In this document: positions 61,308 to 64,000 of the stretch, piece by piece
Numbering within the stretch: the stretch's first letter is position 1
Layout of the letters: the number at the start of each line of letters is the position of its first letter
NCBI GenBank assembly: GCA_051362555.1
Contig: CM120649.1
Coordinates: 8,308,001-8,372,000 of the forward strand
Length of the DNA: 64,000 nt
Reading direction: 5' to 3'
Source of the DNA: Lingula anatina
Lineage: Eukaryota; Animalia; Brachiopoda
Notes under the pieces: model-generated
The model's input: only the letters and a program-made list of their open reading frames with translations
Told to the model about the DNA's origin: nothing
The model's database searches: none
Program-made: the position numbers and the translations under genes

Positions 61308-63166
61308 TCAGTTTTTATTGATTTTGACTGTCCCAAAGATACGTTTGCAGACACTCAGTGATTTGGCGCCAAATATTGGCAACCCGTTTGCTTTGTAGTA
61401 TTCCATCAAACGGTGGACGGCGGCATAATGTTCCTGCTGTGCCTGCATGCAGCGTGGGTCCCACGTCCAGTCCTCAATTTCAAAATTAAACAAATTTCTA
61501 TGAATGGCATTATTGTTAAAATGCTTGCACTGGTTTGGGCAAATGTGGAAACCACCTGAGAAGCAGAGACCCTCCATCATAGCTTGTGGGGCGTAGATAT
61601 ACTTGTCGAACGGGACGAAGAGTAGCTCGGAAGTCCTTGGACTGTGCCACTTCCAGTGAATCGAAGTTCTGGCTACAGGCTGATGTTCTCTCTTTGAAAA
61701 ATGCTTTTTATAATATTCCACGGGGACTCGTCCGCGGCTGTCTCCCTTCCAGTTACCGTCTGGGTACATTTGAATGCGGAATTCGTATTCGTCTCTGTGG
61801 AAAGTATATATGTAATGACACATCATATTGAACTGCGATACGCCAATATAACCCTTTGAAATACTAGCAAATATTTCACTAAATGACTTGTTATGTTTCT
61901 TTTCTAGAAACTCTCTCATTTCAATGATATGTCTCACTTTAATGATAACAGGAAAGTAGGACATGCATCGGAGTACTTCCGGTTCACCAAAAAGGAACTT
62001 TATTTTTTGAGGGGAAGAAGGCCAGTACCCAGCAATAATTTTTCCAACAATAGCGGCCACAATGGGTTTCCCGGCAATAAAAAGATCTTCAGGTGTAACT
62101 GTAGTTACAAATAATGTGTCTGTATCAACAAAACCAACATAGTCTGCCTTAGTATAGTTCTCAGGATAGAACATCGACCACTGCTGGCGGTTGTGGCCTA
62201 TGGAATTATATGCATGTGGGTTGGGATCTTCATAATGTATTTCCATATTAGGACTTGTGAGCCTTAATTCTCTGCCAAGCTTGTGATCCAGAACAGATTC
62301 GTTGTCCAGAACGATGACCACTTTGGTGTCGTTCGGCCAGAATAGACGCATGCTTTGCATTAAGATATTGTCATATAAGTACCTCGTTTTGTGGTACATT
62401 CTTACGAATATGACAAAACTGGGTAGATTCTCCCAAGGATTGCCTGTAAAGAAGGTAACATTTTGGATGAGTGGATTTTCGCGCGGGCCATGATTGGAAT
62501 AATTAAAGATATAGAATGACCTAAGTATATAGAATGTCTCGGTAAACTACATTTATGTTAGCTGTATAACAAAAGTACATTAACTATTTGCTCCAATGAA
62601 TATAAATGTAATAAATGATTTACTTTCACAAGTAACCCTTCAGGCAAACTAACTGTTGGTCACATACACATTAAAATAGATAATTCATACTTTGACACAA
62701 TCGCTTATAATTTACACTGACTAACCCGACTACACGTTTTACTATTCAAATTACCTTGTATGATACATGCCTTAGTATACAATGCATTTCTTAACATACA
62801 TTTAAAACTGAAATCTCAAACAAAGGCACCTCTACACATGGAAAGAAGAGGTTACCGTAAAAGGGTACATGTATGTTGTCTACAAAATATAAATAATTCC
62901 TCTTAATTTTTTATATCAAAACACAACACAAATATTAACGTTTTACAAATACATGTACCTAAATTACCTGGATCCTTTGATATACGGCGGCCATGACCGT
63001 CCTGCTGTAAAGTAAAGCCTGGGTTCAGTGAGCTATAAAATGTCTCCGGCCAATATAAGCCCCAAGTTTTCCCATTTTGTGGGATATCGGAATAAAGTAT
63101 GATACACGTTACGATGGATAACGTGGCTATTATAAACCCAAAGAAAGAGCGCCTCGTCAGATCCAT
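61308..63166 (-). CDS. Type-II membrane DxD glycosyltransferase-like protein (GT-A fold), 444 aa; exons 63166-62968, 62443-61308
   Basis: Short N-tail MDLTRRS, TM FFGFIIATLSIVTCIILY, stem, then YVGFVDTDTLF (DxD after hydrophobic strand) and a later HxxWH motif; phase-1 GT-AG intron, 1335 nt in frame. Confidence 0.82.
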
Positions 63167-64000
63167 CACAGTCCACCTCCTTATACATACGACTCCGTAT
63201 GTCTCGGGCTGGGTCTTGGATAATGTGGGTCACTATATTGCGGTAGTTTGCGGTCACTGTAGGGAAAAGAAAATATGCCTATCCTATCAGCTTGTCTTAT
63301 TCAAATCCAGGGGAGACACAACGTCAGCATATAATTTTTAATAACACATAACCACCAAGAAGTCGCATGCGCAGGAGGCAAGGAGGCTCATTTTTTATAA
63401 TTGAATGTGTTAAGTTATACCTTTTACACGCTTTAAAACAGTAACTTCATCGTGACCATTACCAAGGGCAATAGTCTAACCACCCCTTCTTAGTTATAAC
63501 ACGAGTCGGTTACCAGGGAGTAATTAGGCCTATATGGAGTAGTGTCTTACCCCATGACTGGCGCTGCGCTTGGAACACAGTGAAGCGTATTAAAATACGT
63601 TTGTAAGTGATGGATATGTGACAGTCGGAATGCTTTAGTGGTGATAAGTTGGTCTATTGACTGCGTTCATGTTCCTGTTTGTTCGTGCTTTGTCCGAAAT
63701 CTCGTTTGATTGTACGCGAGAGCCCAGTTGTGCGAGCGCCACGCCTTGCAAGGACACTAGTTTATGTCTTGGAATGAGACATGCTTTGTATTTTCAGGTG
63801 GGCGCGACTTTTGTTTCTATATTTAAATAGGTTTAAGGTTTTTCTGTCTTATTTTTTGTTTTCTTACTCAGCTGTTTTTTTCCTCTTATCATCCTTCCTT
63901 TATCTTTCCGTATCTTTTTCACCTTTCGTTACATTTATTGTAATTTGTTTTCGTTACATTTAGTTTTTATTCGTTTCAGTTATTATTATTCGTTTTGAAA

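Overview
AT-rich, intron-containing animal DNA; the gene families and repeats suggest a marine invertebrate, probably a lophotrochozoan (inference only). It is not prokaryotic and has no CRISPR array, rRNA or tRNA that I can support. Manual splicing (GT-AG sites, consistent phases) gives ten protein-coding genes, all apparently secreted or membrane-bound: the 3' part of a Cys-rich gene with a hydrophobic tail; a 286-aa secreted protein built as signal-Sushi-anaphylatoxin-like-Sushi-anaphylatoxin-like (the most unusual item, largely invisible in the ORF track); three near-identical coiled-coil/fibrinogen-domain lectin genes; a vWA type-I membrane gene with a degenerate MIDAS; a Thr-rich mucin ending in a UMOD/GP2-type D10C domain; two tandem F-type lectin + PAN genes; and a type-II DxD glycosyltransferase-like gene. 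Introns and spacers carry minisatellites, MITEs, Helentron-like elements, a Tc1 relic and a 3.7-kb long-TIR element whose empty site is visible in a paralogous block. Domain calls rest on motif recognition by eye, not database searches.
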